This document shows positions 19,471 to 30,484 of a DNA stretch of 64,000 nucleotides, piece by piece. The notes under the pieces are model-generated. The model had not been told where the DNA came from, made no database searches, and was given only the letters and a program-made list of their open reading frames with translations. How positions within the stretch are numbered: position 1 is the first letter of the stretch; each line of letters starts with the position of its first letter. The position numbers and the translations under genes are program-made. Source of the stretch: Candidatus Latescibacterota bacterium (GTDB lineage: Bacteria; Latescibacterota; CBDEFO01); assembly GCA_965248755.1 (NCBI GenBank), contig OZ252149.1, forward strand, positions 4,352,001 to 4,416,000, given 5' to 3'.

Positions 19471-20034
19471 TTAAGGGTTCTGTCTTACTACATTCATTGT
19501 TTCTATCTTATCTATAACTTTGAAACAGTACTCCTTTGATGGACAGAGGAGATTTCGCCAATCGGGGTCATCGTACATTTGCTTCAACCTATCTGCCTTG
19601 AAGAACTCTATCTTTGAAATCTCCTCGTTCTGAATTTCAAATCGGTCTATCTTCCAGTCAAGGTTTAGAAAATAGACTTTTTGGAACTCCCTGTCCAATA
19701 TTCCCTTGGACTCATCGTATTCCTGTACGCTGTGTTTCCACAGAAACGTCAGCTCCTCCAGGTCGGCTTCCACTCCTAACTCCTCCTCTACCTCCCTTAT
19801 AGCCGCCCTTTCGTAGTCCTCGCCCGCTTTCAGGTGTCCCGCTGAGGATACGTCCCACAGATTCGCAAATGTATCTTTATCTGGAGATCTTTTCTGAAGG
19901 AGTATCTCTCCCTTATAGTTCAAGATCCATACATTGGATACTCTATGCCAATTGCCATCATTATGGACGTGACTTTTCAATTTGATTTCAATAAGATTAT
20001 CGTTTTCGTCTACTACGTCTATGTACTCGTCCAT
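19471..20034 (-). CDS. NUDIX hydrolase (IPP isomerase-like)
   Basis: EYIDVVDEND, HRVSNVWI, LLQKRS, AGHLKAGEDYERAAIREVEEELG Nudix box. Confidence 0.9.
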   Translation of the reverse strand: MDEYIDVVDENDNLIEIKLKSHVHNDGNWHRVSNVWILNYKGEILLQKRSPDKDTFANLWDVSSAGHLKAGEDYERAAIREVEEELGVEADLEELTFLWKHSVQEYDESKGILDREFQKVYFLNLDWKIDRFEIQNEEISKIEFFKADRLKQMYDDPDWRNLLCPSKEYCFKVIDKIETMNVVRQNP

Positions 20035-20244
20035 AATTATCCTTCGTTCATCCGTAAGATAAAAACCTACACCTGCTAAGATAAACTCTATCCAGAGGGG
20101 AGTCAAGGGCTTTTTGCCCGTCCTGTTCAGTCTTAAGGATTAATTATGCTTGACAGTCTTATGCTTGGTTAATTATCTTGGATGGTGAACCTATGTCGAA
20201 TAGAATTTGGCAATGCTGAAAGGTTGAAAGAGAGGAGGAGTGTG

Positions 20245-23200
20245 ATGAGCTTCCGCGACTGGGCCAAAAATGCTTTCTTGCTGATAGCAGTTTTGTCGAT
20301 CGCTATTCCTCACCTCTCCTACAGCCGGACGATCACCGTATCCCCCATCGGGGTAGCCGATTATCCGACCATCGGTCAGGCTATCGCGACAGCTTTGTCG
20401 GGGGATACCATTCGGGTCAGCCCCGCGACGTATCGGGAGTCGGTGGGGTTGAAGTCGGGTGTGGTGGTGTTGGGAAATGGCTACGAGAATACCCGCATTG
20501 AGATAGACATTCTGGCCAATCCTGTGTACGCTGTGAACGTCTCGCATGCCAAGATCTCAGGCTTTACCCTCGCCTACACGGGCACCGAGATACCAGCTAC
20601 GGTCTATGTCCAGTCCTCCCGGGTGACGATCTCCAATTGCCGGATTCTCAACACTACAGTTTCGGGGGTCTACGCTATAGAGGAATCCGAAGTGACTGTA
20701 GAAGGCTGTATTGTGGAACAGAACGAAGGCCACGGCGTTGTCACATCTGGCGGTTCGAAGGGGAGTATTCGGGACAGTCAGATCCAGGACAACCAGGTAG
20801 ATGGGCTTTTTTTCGGCGGAGCGTCGTTTGGAGAGGTAACGGGGAACACTGTGACCGGGAATGGAGCCAACGGGGTTGAGGTGATTGGAGCGGGACCAGT
20901 GACGATGTCCGGCAACGTGACCTCGGGCAACACCTATGCTGGTATCCGAGCAGCAGACACCTCGCAAGTGGACGTTCGGGGGAACACGACAGTGGAGAAT
21001 GGGACGTATGGGATATTGGTTCAGTCAGGGAGCGTGGCCTCCATCGTGGACAATATTGTGGTCTGGAATTCGATTGGTGGTATCTACACGAAGGGCGGAG
21101 AGGCAGGGGATGGGATCATCTCGGAGATCGGTTACAACGATGTCTGGGACAACGGCGTCACGGTTCAAATGACCGGCAACTTATCCAACTACCAGGGTTT
21201 TCAGGCGCCGGCAGAGGACATGTCCGTCAACCCTTTCTTTTTAGACGATGCGGCAGGGGACTATCGCCTGCGGTCCAATTCGACCCTGATCGGTGCGGGA
21301 AGGGACGGAGGGACCGTCGGCGCACTGGGCATTGTGTCCCCTGAAGAGGAAAGTGCCGTCCCTTCACCGGTCTTCATCCGGGCGTTTCCTGACACTGCCT
21401 ACTGGACGCTGCTGCAGGGACAGGCCTGGCTGAGCGTGGATATCTACATCATGGTGGGGAACCTCGTCAGCTTTATACCGGACGAAGTGGAAGTGAGGTT
21501 CTTCGGGGAGGACGGGGGTATCGTCGTGTCAGAACGCATCCCGGCCTCGGACTTCAGAGCGACATCTGCTGTAATCGAGACGGATGTGACGAACCTTTAG
21601 ATGGTGTGGGATGCGACGCTGACAGAGCTGAAATCCGCAACGCCACTGGAGGTTCCCCCAGGAGGACGGGACGTTTTTCTTCCCAAAGAGCACCCCTTTC
21701 CCCAGGCCGATCTCCCCGTGAGAGCTGAGTACGTAGTCCGGGGGCAGGAGGGGGGCAGAACCGTAGAACTGGTGCGCGAAGTCGTCCCTGAAATCTACCG
21801 TCAGCGCACTGACCTTCGCTTCCCCATGCGCGGGGGTGGATGGCAGGTCATCGCTGGTCCCCCTCAGGACAATCACCGGCACCGTGCGACAACTTTCCGG
21901 GGCAGAACCCTGGCGATGCCCGGCCGCTACGCGATGGACATCTGGAGGAGCTACCGGGGGCTTTATCGGACCGATGGACTCACCAAGGAGGACTACTGGG
22001 GGTACGGGGCTCCCATGTATGCACCGGGGGTCGGCCGTGTCGTCTTTGTGAGGAAGGACGCAGATGAGCCGGCCTTCGGAGAGGAGATTCCCGGGGGTGA
22101 GTCCAACACCGTCGTGATCGACCACCAGAACGGCGAGTACAGCTTTATGCTCCATCTTAAGAAGGGCTCGGTAGCGGTAGAGGTCGGACAGTGGGTGGAA
22201 CAAGGCGATCTCATAGGGGCGCTGGGCAATTCGTTCGACAGGTGGAACGTCCCCCACCTCCACTTTGAGGTCAGGGACAGCTACATTTGGCCGGGTGAGG
22301 GCCTTCCGGTGGCCTTCACCGGAGGAAGGATCCTGGGCACGGAGATTCAGGATGGCATGCTATTCAGTGGGGCTTTCTTTGAGGAGGAATCCCTCGGGCC
22401 GGTTCTCCACGTGGCGGCAGACGGGAGTGCGGACTACAGGACCATTAGTGACGCGATGGACGTGGCTGTCATGGGTGATACAGTGCGGGTAGCTCCGGGC
22501 ACATATCGGGAGACTGTATGGTTGAAGTCCGGGGTGGTGGTGCTGGGAAGTGGCTACGAAGGTACCCGCATAGAGATAGACATTCTGGCCAACCCTGTAT
22601 ACGCCGTGAACGTCTCAGATGCCAAGATCTCCGGCTTTACCCTCGCCTACACCGGCACGGAGTCACCGGTCACGGTCTTTGTCGACTCCTCCCAGGTGAC
22701 GGTCGCCAACTGCCGGATTACCAACACCACTGTTTCAGGGGTCTACGCCGTGAATGGATCTAAAGTGACCGTCGAAGGGTGTCTTGTGGAACAGAATAAG
22801 GGTTTTGGTATTGCCATATATGGTGGTTCGGAGGGGTATATCTGGGACAATCAGATCCGGGATAATCGGTTGAATGGGGTTGTCTATGCCGAAGCGTCCT
22901 TTGGGCAGCTGATGGGGAACACTATCACCGGGAATAAGGCCAACGGACTGGTGATCGCTGGTGCCGGAGCGGTGACCGTTACCGGCAACGTGCTTGCGCG
23001 AAACAGCTGGGCGGGCATCATAAGTCTTACGGAGTCCGAATTGGAGGTTCGGGGAAACACGATCGTGGAGAACGGGACGTATGGGATTTTGGTTCTGTCG
23101 AGGAGTGTGGCTTCCATCGTAGACAATATCGCGGCCAGCAATCTGATCGGGATTTCCATACAGGGCGGCGAAGAGGGAGATGGCGTCGTCTCAGAGATCG

Positions 23201-24267
23201 GGTACAATGATGTATGGAATAACCGGGGTGGAAACTACTTAGGGTTTACTTCTACCCCTGAGTTGGATCTCTCCGTAGACCCACGATTCGTCAATGCGGA
23301 GGCCGGCGATTACCACTTATGGCGCGACTCTCCTCTACTTGGAGCCGGACAAGCCGGGGGTACAATCGGAACGTTCGGTATTCTGGAGGCCAGACGTCTG
23401 CCGGGAGACGTGACGGACAATGGTGTGGTAACAGCCTACGATGCTGTCCATATTCTCCAACACACAGTGGGACTGCTGACGTTGACCGGTGAGGATTCTG
23501 TAGTTGCAGATGTGAGTGGCGACACCACCATCTCTGCGTACGATGCTTCACTGGTGCTGCAATATGTAGTCGGACAAATCTCTCGTCTCCCTGTGAGGGG
23601 AGGACAGACAACAAAGGTAGCATATGCCACTCGGACGGTCCGGATGGGTGAGATGAAGGCGTTGTCGAATGGACGGATGTGTCTGCCCATCTTGATAGAC
23701 GAGATGGACGCTGTAGTCGCTGGAGAGATGACGCTGTCCATTGAGGAAAATGGAGGAAATGTGACAGTCAGAAGGACGCACTTGACTCCTGGCTATCTGC
23801 TTGCCAGCAACGTCCAGAACGGTAGTATCAGAGCATCGTTTGCCGGAGCCGAGTTGAGTACCGGCTCAGGGCCGGTGCTGGAGGTGGTGTCGGACGCAGG
23901 ACTCCTTAGTACCCTGAGGCTGGAGCGTGTGTCGCTGAACGAAGGGAGGATACCAGTCCGGATCGAGGGAGTCAAATCTGAGACACCCACAGTGTATCGG
24001 CTCAGTCAAAACTATCCAAATCCGTTCAACCCCCATACGGTGATCTATTACGAGCTTCCTGTTCAAAGCCATGTCGATATATCTGTCTATAATATGATAG
24101 GACAGAAGGTTGCAATACTGTTGGATAAAGGGATAGAAGTAGGTACCTACTCTTTAATCTGGGATGGCAAAGATGACAACGGAGAGGACCTTGCCAGCGG
24201 AGTCTATCTGTATCGGATAGAAGCGGATGGATTTGTGCAGACAAGGAAGCTGGTCTTGATGCGTTAG
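20245..24267 (+). pseudogene. Large secreted protein (beta-helix - M23 peptidase - beta-helix - dockerin - cohesin - FlgD/T9SS-like tail) split by one in-frame TAG at 21598-21600
   Basis: AGGAGG RBS and signal peptide only in the first ORF; M23 HLKKGS..GNS..PHLHF, dockerin GDVTDNGVVTAYDA/DVSGDTTISAYDA and QNYPNPFN tail only in the second; same frame. Confidence 0.8.
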
Positions 24268-24300
24268 GCTTATTTCATAGTAGGAGATGAGGAGTGTAAA

Positions 24301-25161
24301 ATGAGCGGCATAGTCTCTACTTTCAAGAGAGGAGAAAACAAAATTGTAGTTTACAATTTGGATTGTATCGAGGGGATGAGAAGCAAGATAGAGAACGGTT
24401 CTGTAGATGTCGTTGTAACTTCCCCTCCGTATAACCTGGGCATCAGATATGAAAAGTACGATGATGCTGTGCCGAGGGAGAAATATCTAAGATGGATCGG
24501 AATCTGGGCTGGCGTCGTAAAGGAAATTCTCAGTGATAAAGGGTCTTTGTTCCTGAATATCGGATCGAAGCCCACCGACCCCTGTGTGCCCTTTGAAGTC
24601 CTATCCCAGATGAGAAAGCACTTTTTCCTGCAAAATGTGGTTCACTGGATAAAATCTATCGCTATACAAAAGGAGGACGTCGGTGACTACCCGGGAATCA
24701 GCAGCAATGTGTCTATCGGACACTATAAGCCTCTAAATAGCAATAGATTCATCAACGACTGCCACGAGTACATCTTTCACCTGACCAAAAATGGCGATGT
24801 AGAATTAGATAGATTATCTATAGGAGTTGAGTACCAGGACAAGTCTAATATCGGGCGGTGGGACTCTGCGAAGGAAGACAGAAGGTGCAGAGGCAACACC
24901 TGGTTTGTGCCCTATAAGACGATAAGGGATAGAGCAAAGCAGAGGCCTCATCCGGCTACGTTCCCCGTAAGGATCCCTAAAATGTGTATTATGTTGCATG
25001 GGGTTGAGCGGACTCGCATTGTGGTCGATCCTTTTGTCGGGATCGGTAATTCTGCCCTTGCGTGCATAGAACTCGGTGTTGACTTTGTGGGATTTGAAAT
25101 CGACCAGGCGTATTATGAAGAAACATGCATGGCGATGGAGAATGTGACAGAGAACGCTTAA
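24301..25161 (+). CDS. Site-specific DNA methyltransferase (N4C/N6A, beta class), orphan
   Basis: VTSPPYN, HPATFP, DPFVGIG, GFEID. Confidence 0.93.
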   Translation: MSGIVSTFKRGENKIVVYNLDCIEGMRSKIENGSVDVVVTSPPYNLGIRYEKYDDAVPREKYLRWIGIWAGVVKEILSDKGSLFLNIGSKPTDPCVPFEVLSQMRKHFFLQNVVHWIKSIAIQKEDVGDYPGISSNVSIGHYKPLNSNRFINDCHEYIFHLTKNGDVELDRLSIGVEYQDKSNIGRWDSAKEDRRCRGNTWFVPYKTIRDRAKQRPHPATFPVRIPKMCIMLHGVERTRIVVDPFVGIGNSALACIELGVDFVGFEIDQAYYEETCMAMENVTENA

Positions 25162-25200
25162 TTAAGGCAGTTTTGAACTCAAGGAAAAAGGAGAGGTGCT

Positions 25201-25842
25201 ATGGATAAGATCAAAACTTTGCTATTTACGGGCGGAGAGACCCACGACTTCAAAGGCTGTGGAGGGGCTATTGAGGAAGGACTGATAGGAGCTGGGCATT
25301 TCGACATCACCAAGGTGGAGGATGATATGTCCGCGCTGGAAGCTCCCAATCTGGATCCGTACGACCTCATAGTCTTCTTTTACACTGGGGGGGAAATCTC
25401 CGATGCGCAGAAGAACGGTCTCTTAAACTTCGTAGCCAGTGGGAAAGGATACGCCGGCGTTCACCCGGCGGCTGACTCTTTCCGCGAGTGTCCGGAGTAT
25501 CGGGCTATGCTCGGCGGTCACTTTATCACGCATCCCAAGTTTCGAGGGTATCAGGTGAGCATCGTGGACACGGAGAATCCCATCACAGAGGGGTTGGACG
25601 AGTTCATGGTTGATGATGAGCAGTATATCTTAAGTTATGACTCGAGAGTGAACGTTCTATGCTCCGCACTCTGGGAGGGTAGGACTATGCCCGTCGCCTG
25701 GACCAAGGAGTGGGGGAAAGGCCGCGTATTTTACCTGGCTCTGGGACACAATCCCGATGCGTGCCGACACGAGATGTTCAAGCTTCTGCTCCAGCGCGGG
25801 GCCCTCTGGGCGGGAACTGTACCTTCTAATGACCCAGCGTAG
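25201..25842 (+). CDS. ThuA domain protein (class I glutamine amidotransferase-like)
   Basis: FVASGKGYAGVH, GGHFITHP, DEQY, WGKGRVFYLALGH. Confidence 0.9.
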   Translation: MDKIKTLLFTGGETHDFKGCGGAIEEGLIGAGHFDITKVEDDMSALEAPNLDPYDLIVFFYTGGEISDAQKNGLLNFVASGKGYAGVHPAADSFRECPEYRAMLGGHFITHPKFRGYQVSIVDTENPITEGLDEFMVDDEQYILSYDSRVNVLCSALWEGRTMPVAWTKEWGKGRVFYLALGHNPDACRHEMFKLLLQRGALWAGTVPSNDPA

Positions 25843-25887
25843 AACTGAATCAAAGGGTGATAAGAAGACACAAGGTGGGGGACAGCC

Positions 25888-25956
25888 TTGAAATCCAAAG
25901 CGATGGTGTTAGAGGAGTTCAACCAGCCTCAGTCCTTGAAAATGGTCGAAAATTGA
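25888..25956 (+). pseudogene. 22-codon stub resembling the N-terminus of a Zn-dependent dehydrogenase
   Basis: GGGGG RBS, then MKSKAMVLEEFNQPQSLKMVEN-stop. Confidence 0.45.
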
Positions 25957-25993
25957 GAGACGATTAAGGCTGTCTTTGTGTGAATAATATCAT

Positions 25994-26446
25994 TTAACAA
26001 TTATCCTCATCATCTTTCACTACTGTGCCGCTGAATATCTCCTTTACAAGATGTATCTTTTTCAACTCCTTGGGAGTTATCTTGAAGCTCACAAGGCGCC
26101 TGCATTCGTCCACTGTATAAGTGGGATCTGGCGCCACATCTTTGGTCTGATCCTCCCTTGCCACGATCCATATATGCTGCTTTAGGACCTTTGAGTAGAC
26201 TTTTAATATCAGACCCTTTTCCTCGATCTCTGAAAGATTCACATCAGAAGTCTCCACAATCTCAACCTCCGATGTCTCCTCATTACGCGTATTCAACTTT
26301 CTTTCTAATCTTGTAAGGCAGACGCGCGGGCGTCCCTGACAATTTGGGGGAACCACTTCGTGGCTTGTTGCCACCACCTCACCCACCTCTCCCACTTCAT
26401 GGCTCCTTGGCACATCTCCCCCTGCATTGCCACATGGCTTTGCCAC
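25994..26446 (-). CDS. Hypothetical protein, possibly prophage-derived remnant
   Basis: 150-aa ORF; C-terminal KVYSKVLKQHIWIV..YTVDE..LKKIHLVKEIFSGTVV looks protein-like; start uncertain. Confidence 0.5.
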   Translation of the reverse strand: MAKPCGNAGGDVPRSHEVGEVGEVVATSHEVVPPNCQGRPRVCLTRLERKLNTRNEETSEVEIVETSDVNLSEIEEKGLILKVYSKVLKQHIWIVAREDQTKDVAPDPTYTVDECRRLVSFKITPKELKKIHLVKEIFSGTVVKDDEDNC

Positions 26447-26832
26447 TACTACCTTTTCACACGTGTCCCGTCAACATGATTCTCAATTCAGGCTAAGGGA
26501 TTTATACAAATGTTAATATACAAAAAAGCAGGATCTAAGTCAACAAAGAGTCGAGCTCATGCAGTTGCCAGTATTCAGATTGTTTAGCTTCGGTCTTAGG
26601 TCATACCAGGTGTTGAAAAGCCCGAAGCAATTTCAAAGGCTTTCCGGTGCTTCTTATGAAAACTGAATTGCCGCTGACAAAGAGTCAATAGGGTTGAATC
26701 GGAAGCTACTTGTTAATAGGGGAAAACCACTTGACTTTCTTGCAAAAAGACCTTTTTATAAAGGAACCGTAATGTTAGTCCTGATGCAGATCTTTGCAAT
26801 CGGAACTTATCTTGTTGAAGGGGAAAAAAGAG

Positions 26833-27648
26833 TTGGACAAGCCAATTACAAGCTTTAGAAATCCGTATATCAAATTCATACGCTCTTTAAAGCTGAAGAA
26901 ATACAGAGATAAAGAGAAAAGATTTTTTATTGAAGGGATCAGGATAGTAGCGGCAGCAGCAAAATTTAACGCCCCTGTGGAATCTTTGATCTTCTGTCCT
27001 GCAAAGCTGGAAAGCCTGAGAGCTATCGCTTTAGTTGAGAGTTTAAGAAAAGAGGGCATAAAGACAGTATCTGTGGAGGAAGATCTCTTCGGGAAGCTCT
27101 CAGAGCGGGAAAACCCACAGGGGATAGGTGCTGTAGTCCGCCAATGGGAAACCCGATTGGATCAGATCGTCGTCAGTGGATGTCCTCTCATTGTAGTGAT
27201 TGATGGCGCTGAAGGGCCTGGGAATTTAGGCACGATAATACGCACGGCTGATGGAGCTGGGGCGTCAGGAGCAATTGCCTCCGGGCAGATGGTAGACCTC
27301 TACAATCCCGCCACTATTCGATCCAGTATGGGCTCTTTTTTCTCCCTTCCGGTCGTAACCTGCAAGGACAGAGCGAAGGCCTTTAAATGGCTCAAAGACA
27401 ACAAAATAGCCATCATCGCTACATCTCCGAACGCGGATGTCTGCTACTTCGACACAGACTATACGAAACCGACAGCAATATTGATGGGAAACGAAGCCAA
27501 AGGACTCGATAAGGAGGCTCTTGAGGGTGCCGATATAGTCGTTAAAATCCCGATGGCAGGGAGCACTGACTCCCTCAATGTCGCCGCTGCCTCCGCTGCA
27601 GTCATTTACGAAGCTGTGAGACAGAGGTTGAAAGGGCGACAGGCCTAA
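26833..27648 (+). CDS. TrmH/SpoU family RNA methyltransferase
   Basis: ITSFRNP, FFIEG, PGNLGTIIRTADGAG, MGNEAKG, IPMAGSTDSLNVA. Confidence 0.93.
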   Translation: MDKPITSFRNPYIKFIRSLKLKKYRDKEKRFFIEGIRIVAAAAKFNAPVESLIFCPAKLESLRAIALVESLRKEGIKTVSVEEDLFGKLSERENPQGIGAVVRQWETRLDQIVVSGCPLIVVIDGAEGPGNLGTIIRTADGAGASGAIASGQMVDLYNPATIRSSMGSFFSLPVVTCKDRAKAFKWLKDNKIAIIATSPNADVCYFDTDYTKPTAILMGNEAKGLDKEALEGADIVVKIPMAGSTDSLNVAAASAAVIYEAVRQRLKGRQA

Positions 27649-27671
27649 GCATATTAAAGGGACTTCCAAAC

Positions 27672-28694
27672 ATCCAGAGGATTTTAATCATACAGACGGC
27701 TTTTATAGGTGACGTTATTCTGACAACACCTCTTTTGAGAGCTGTCAAAGACAATTTCCCCAAAGCAAGGATTTCCTTCCTTTTGAATCCTACCACTGCT
27801 GAGATTGTAGAGACCAATCCCAATGTGGATGAACTAATCATATATGACAAAAGGGGCCGAGACAGGGGAATCCGGGGGATGTTCAGGATTATGCGTGTCC
27901 TTAAGAGCAAGAAGTTCGATCTGACTTTTATCCCGCACCGCTCCATAAGGAGCGCTTTCATAGCAAGAAGCGCTAACATACCAAAAAGAATTGGTTTTCA
28001 CAACAGCGCGGGATCGTTTCTTTACTCTGATGTTGTGGGGCACCGAAGTGGAGTCGGAGTCCATGAAATAGAACGCAATCTGGATCTTATCGCTATCTTC
28101 AAGGCAAGTATAGGGAGCACCAGACCTGAAATCTTTCCCGATGATAAAGATAAGAAGAGGGTCTCTGCGTTCTTGAAGGAGAGCCGGAAATCTCCTTCTA
28201 AACCGATTATAGCGGTTGCGCCTGGATCTGTGTGGGCAACCAAAAGGTGGCTATGTGATCGCTTTGCCGAGGTGTCGAATCGTCTTATCAAAGAAGAGGA
28301 TGCCCAGATAGTGTTGATCGGCGGTGCAGAGGACGAAAAGCTCTGCCGGCATATAGCCTCAAATATGGACTTTGCTCCTATAATAGCCGCAGGCAGGCTG
28401 ACACTTCGACAATCTGCTGAACTCTTGAAAAGGTGCCGCCTTCTCCTTTCCAACGACAGTGCCCCTGTTCATCTATCCTCAGCCGTAGGCACTCCAGTAG
28501 TCGCTATATTCGGACCTACAGTCAAAGACTTTGGATTCTACCCTTATGGAGAGAGAAATACAGTCGTTGAGATTGAACTCTACTGCCGCCCCTGCGGATC
28601 TCACGGAGGCAACAAGTGCCCGGAAGGTCACTTCAGGTGTATGAGAGAGATAACTGCAGATAAGGTTTTAGGCAGGATAAGAGACATCAAATAG
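27672..28694 (+). CDS. waaF: Lipopolysaccharide heptosyltransferase II (GT9), apparent non-canonical start
   Basis: RILIIQTAFIGDVILTTP upstream of first canonical start; APGSVWATKRW, NDSAPVH, IFGPT, CRPCGSHG. Confidence 0.88.
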   Translation: MQRILIIQTAFIGDVILTTPLLRAVKDNFPKARISFLLNPTTAEIVETNPNVDELIIYDKRGRDRGIRGMFRIMRVLKSKKFDLTFIPHRSIRSAFIARSANIPKRIGFHNSAGSFLYSDVVGHRSGVGVHEIERNLDLIAIFKASIGSTRPEIFPDDKDKKRVSAFLKESRKSPSKPIIAVAPGSVWATKRWLCDRFAEVSNRLIKEEDAQIVLIGGAEDEKLCRHIASNMDFAPIIAAGRLTLRQSAELLKRCRLLLSNDSAPVHLSSAVGTPVVAIFGPTVKDFGFYPYGERNTVVEIELYCRPCGSHGGNKCPEGHFRCMREITADKVLGRIRDIK

Positions 28695-28956
28695 GCCACA
28701 AGTTTCCCAGCTACACCGCAGATTCTGAAGGATTTAACTCATCAGTTTTCTCCAGGAAGTTCTCCGCCCGCTTCGCTACTTCGTGGTTTGCTAGCTCCCC
28801 AGCAAGGTGGCCACGCCACCCAGTGGATGGTTTGGTGCCATTTCGTGCCCCTTGCAATCACCCCCTGTATCCCCCCTTGGTAAGGGCGGAATGAAAGGGG
28901 AGTGGCAGAAACGCACTAAGTACCCACGTCACCTTTTTGCGGCTTTGTCAAAAAGC

Positions 28957-29300
28957 ATGTATCAATCAATCTTGTTATTCTTCCTGACACTTGCTACAGG
29001 ATCGATATTAGATGGCAGCACGGCTCAGGTTGTAAGGAGAGAGCATCTCATGGTTGCCGACTTCTCAAATGTCGGAGAACCCGGTCAGTTCCCATCTGGA
29101 TGGGCTTCCAGGGGAGGAGACGGGATAGAGGTGTATCGCCTTGAATCTGAAGATGGTGATCTCTTTTTAAGAGCCGCATGCAAAGGGAAGTCCGTAACTA
29201 TCGGGCTTAAGTACAGAGTCAACCTGAGGATTCATCATATCTTGCAGTGGAGGTGGAGAGTCCACAAAATCCCTTCGTCCGCCGACGAACGAGAAAGGTG
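28957..29300 (+). pseudogene. DUF3047-like exported protein, 5' fragment
   Basis: Signal peptide, VADFS..FPSGW..VYRLESEDG..FLRA..LQWRWRVHKIP..ADER, then breaks off. Confidence 0.6.
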
Positions 29301-29762
29301 CTCTTTCAGGAGAGGGTAAACGACAGGTTCTACGGATGGGAAACCACCGCAGGGATCAAATTCCAACTCCTTACGGAAATGAAAGGTGTGAAGCGACGGG
29401 ATCCTTCTGCCGCTATCGGGTTTAGGTACTCCCGTCCGTTAAACTGGACAACGCAGGTCAACGCCCGATTCGAGTTCAGCACGCCTTTTACAGGAGACTT
29501 TGCAGAACTCTACAACACGTCCTTTATCACGGACTTCATCTACGAACTTACAAACAAAATAGATTTCACGCTCCGCTACCTGGTAAGGGCCAATAAATCT
29601 AATAAAGATATAGACACAGACACTGTCAACTCATTAGGGGCCGCGATTACCTTCTTCCTGGAGAACAAGATCAATCTCACTATAAGCGAACAGTTCGACA
29701 AGGAGGACAAAAAAAGGATAGAACAGCAGTTCAATATAACGCTCAATTATAGAGTGTTCTGA
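29298..29762 (+). pseudogene. 3' fragment of an outer-membrane beta-barrel-like gene
   Basis: Amphipathic beta strands ending FNITLNYRVF (terminal Phe); no own start or signal peptide. Confidence 0.55.
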
Positions 29763-30484
29763 GCACAGGCCAAAAACCGATGTCCGCTGCGCATGCAGGA
29801 CTCTCTTGCGGACCTGCCACTGTTGCCCCAAAAAATGTAATACTGCTTTACCCAGTTCTGCTACTCGGAGAAGATCTGACCTTGGAGAATTCCTTGCGGA
29901 TTACGACTTCTGGTAAAGCGACAACTCTTGTAAATGCTGCAAGTTTAGTCCCATCTGGAAGGGGTTTATCACATTCCCAATCTCCCTTCAACATAGATTG
30001 AGAGTGGGATTCTATTTGCAGCTTCTACTTTGTAGCCCCATAGGGCTCATATTCAAGAGGCAAGGGACAAAGGTGAGATTTTGATCAATTTGGAAAGAAT
30101 ATAAAATAAGATATCAGCTGTCAATTAAATTGTGCGGTGGATGGTCGGGTCAACAACAGACGTTAGCCTCAAGAATTGGCCTGATAATTTTCAGCGTCGA
30201 TGCCTTCACTGGAGTGTCGCTCCGCGAACAACCACGGCTTCCACCTGGCTACCTGCGACAGTCAATAGTTTCGCGTTCACTAAAATTATTTCTGATCAAC
30301 TCCATTGTGATCCAATTTGTTGCTGCTCATGACGTTGTACTAAATAATTTAAGACCTTGGACCAGCTCATTACCTTGTCCCGCGAGATCTCGAGGGTGAG
30401 CGGGGATCGTTTCCCAAAGTTAAGTCCCTTACCTCTCAGGCCGGTTAGTGACGTTCTCGCAGTAGATTTCACCAAGTGTAGAGA

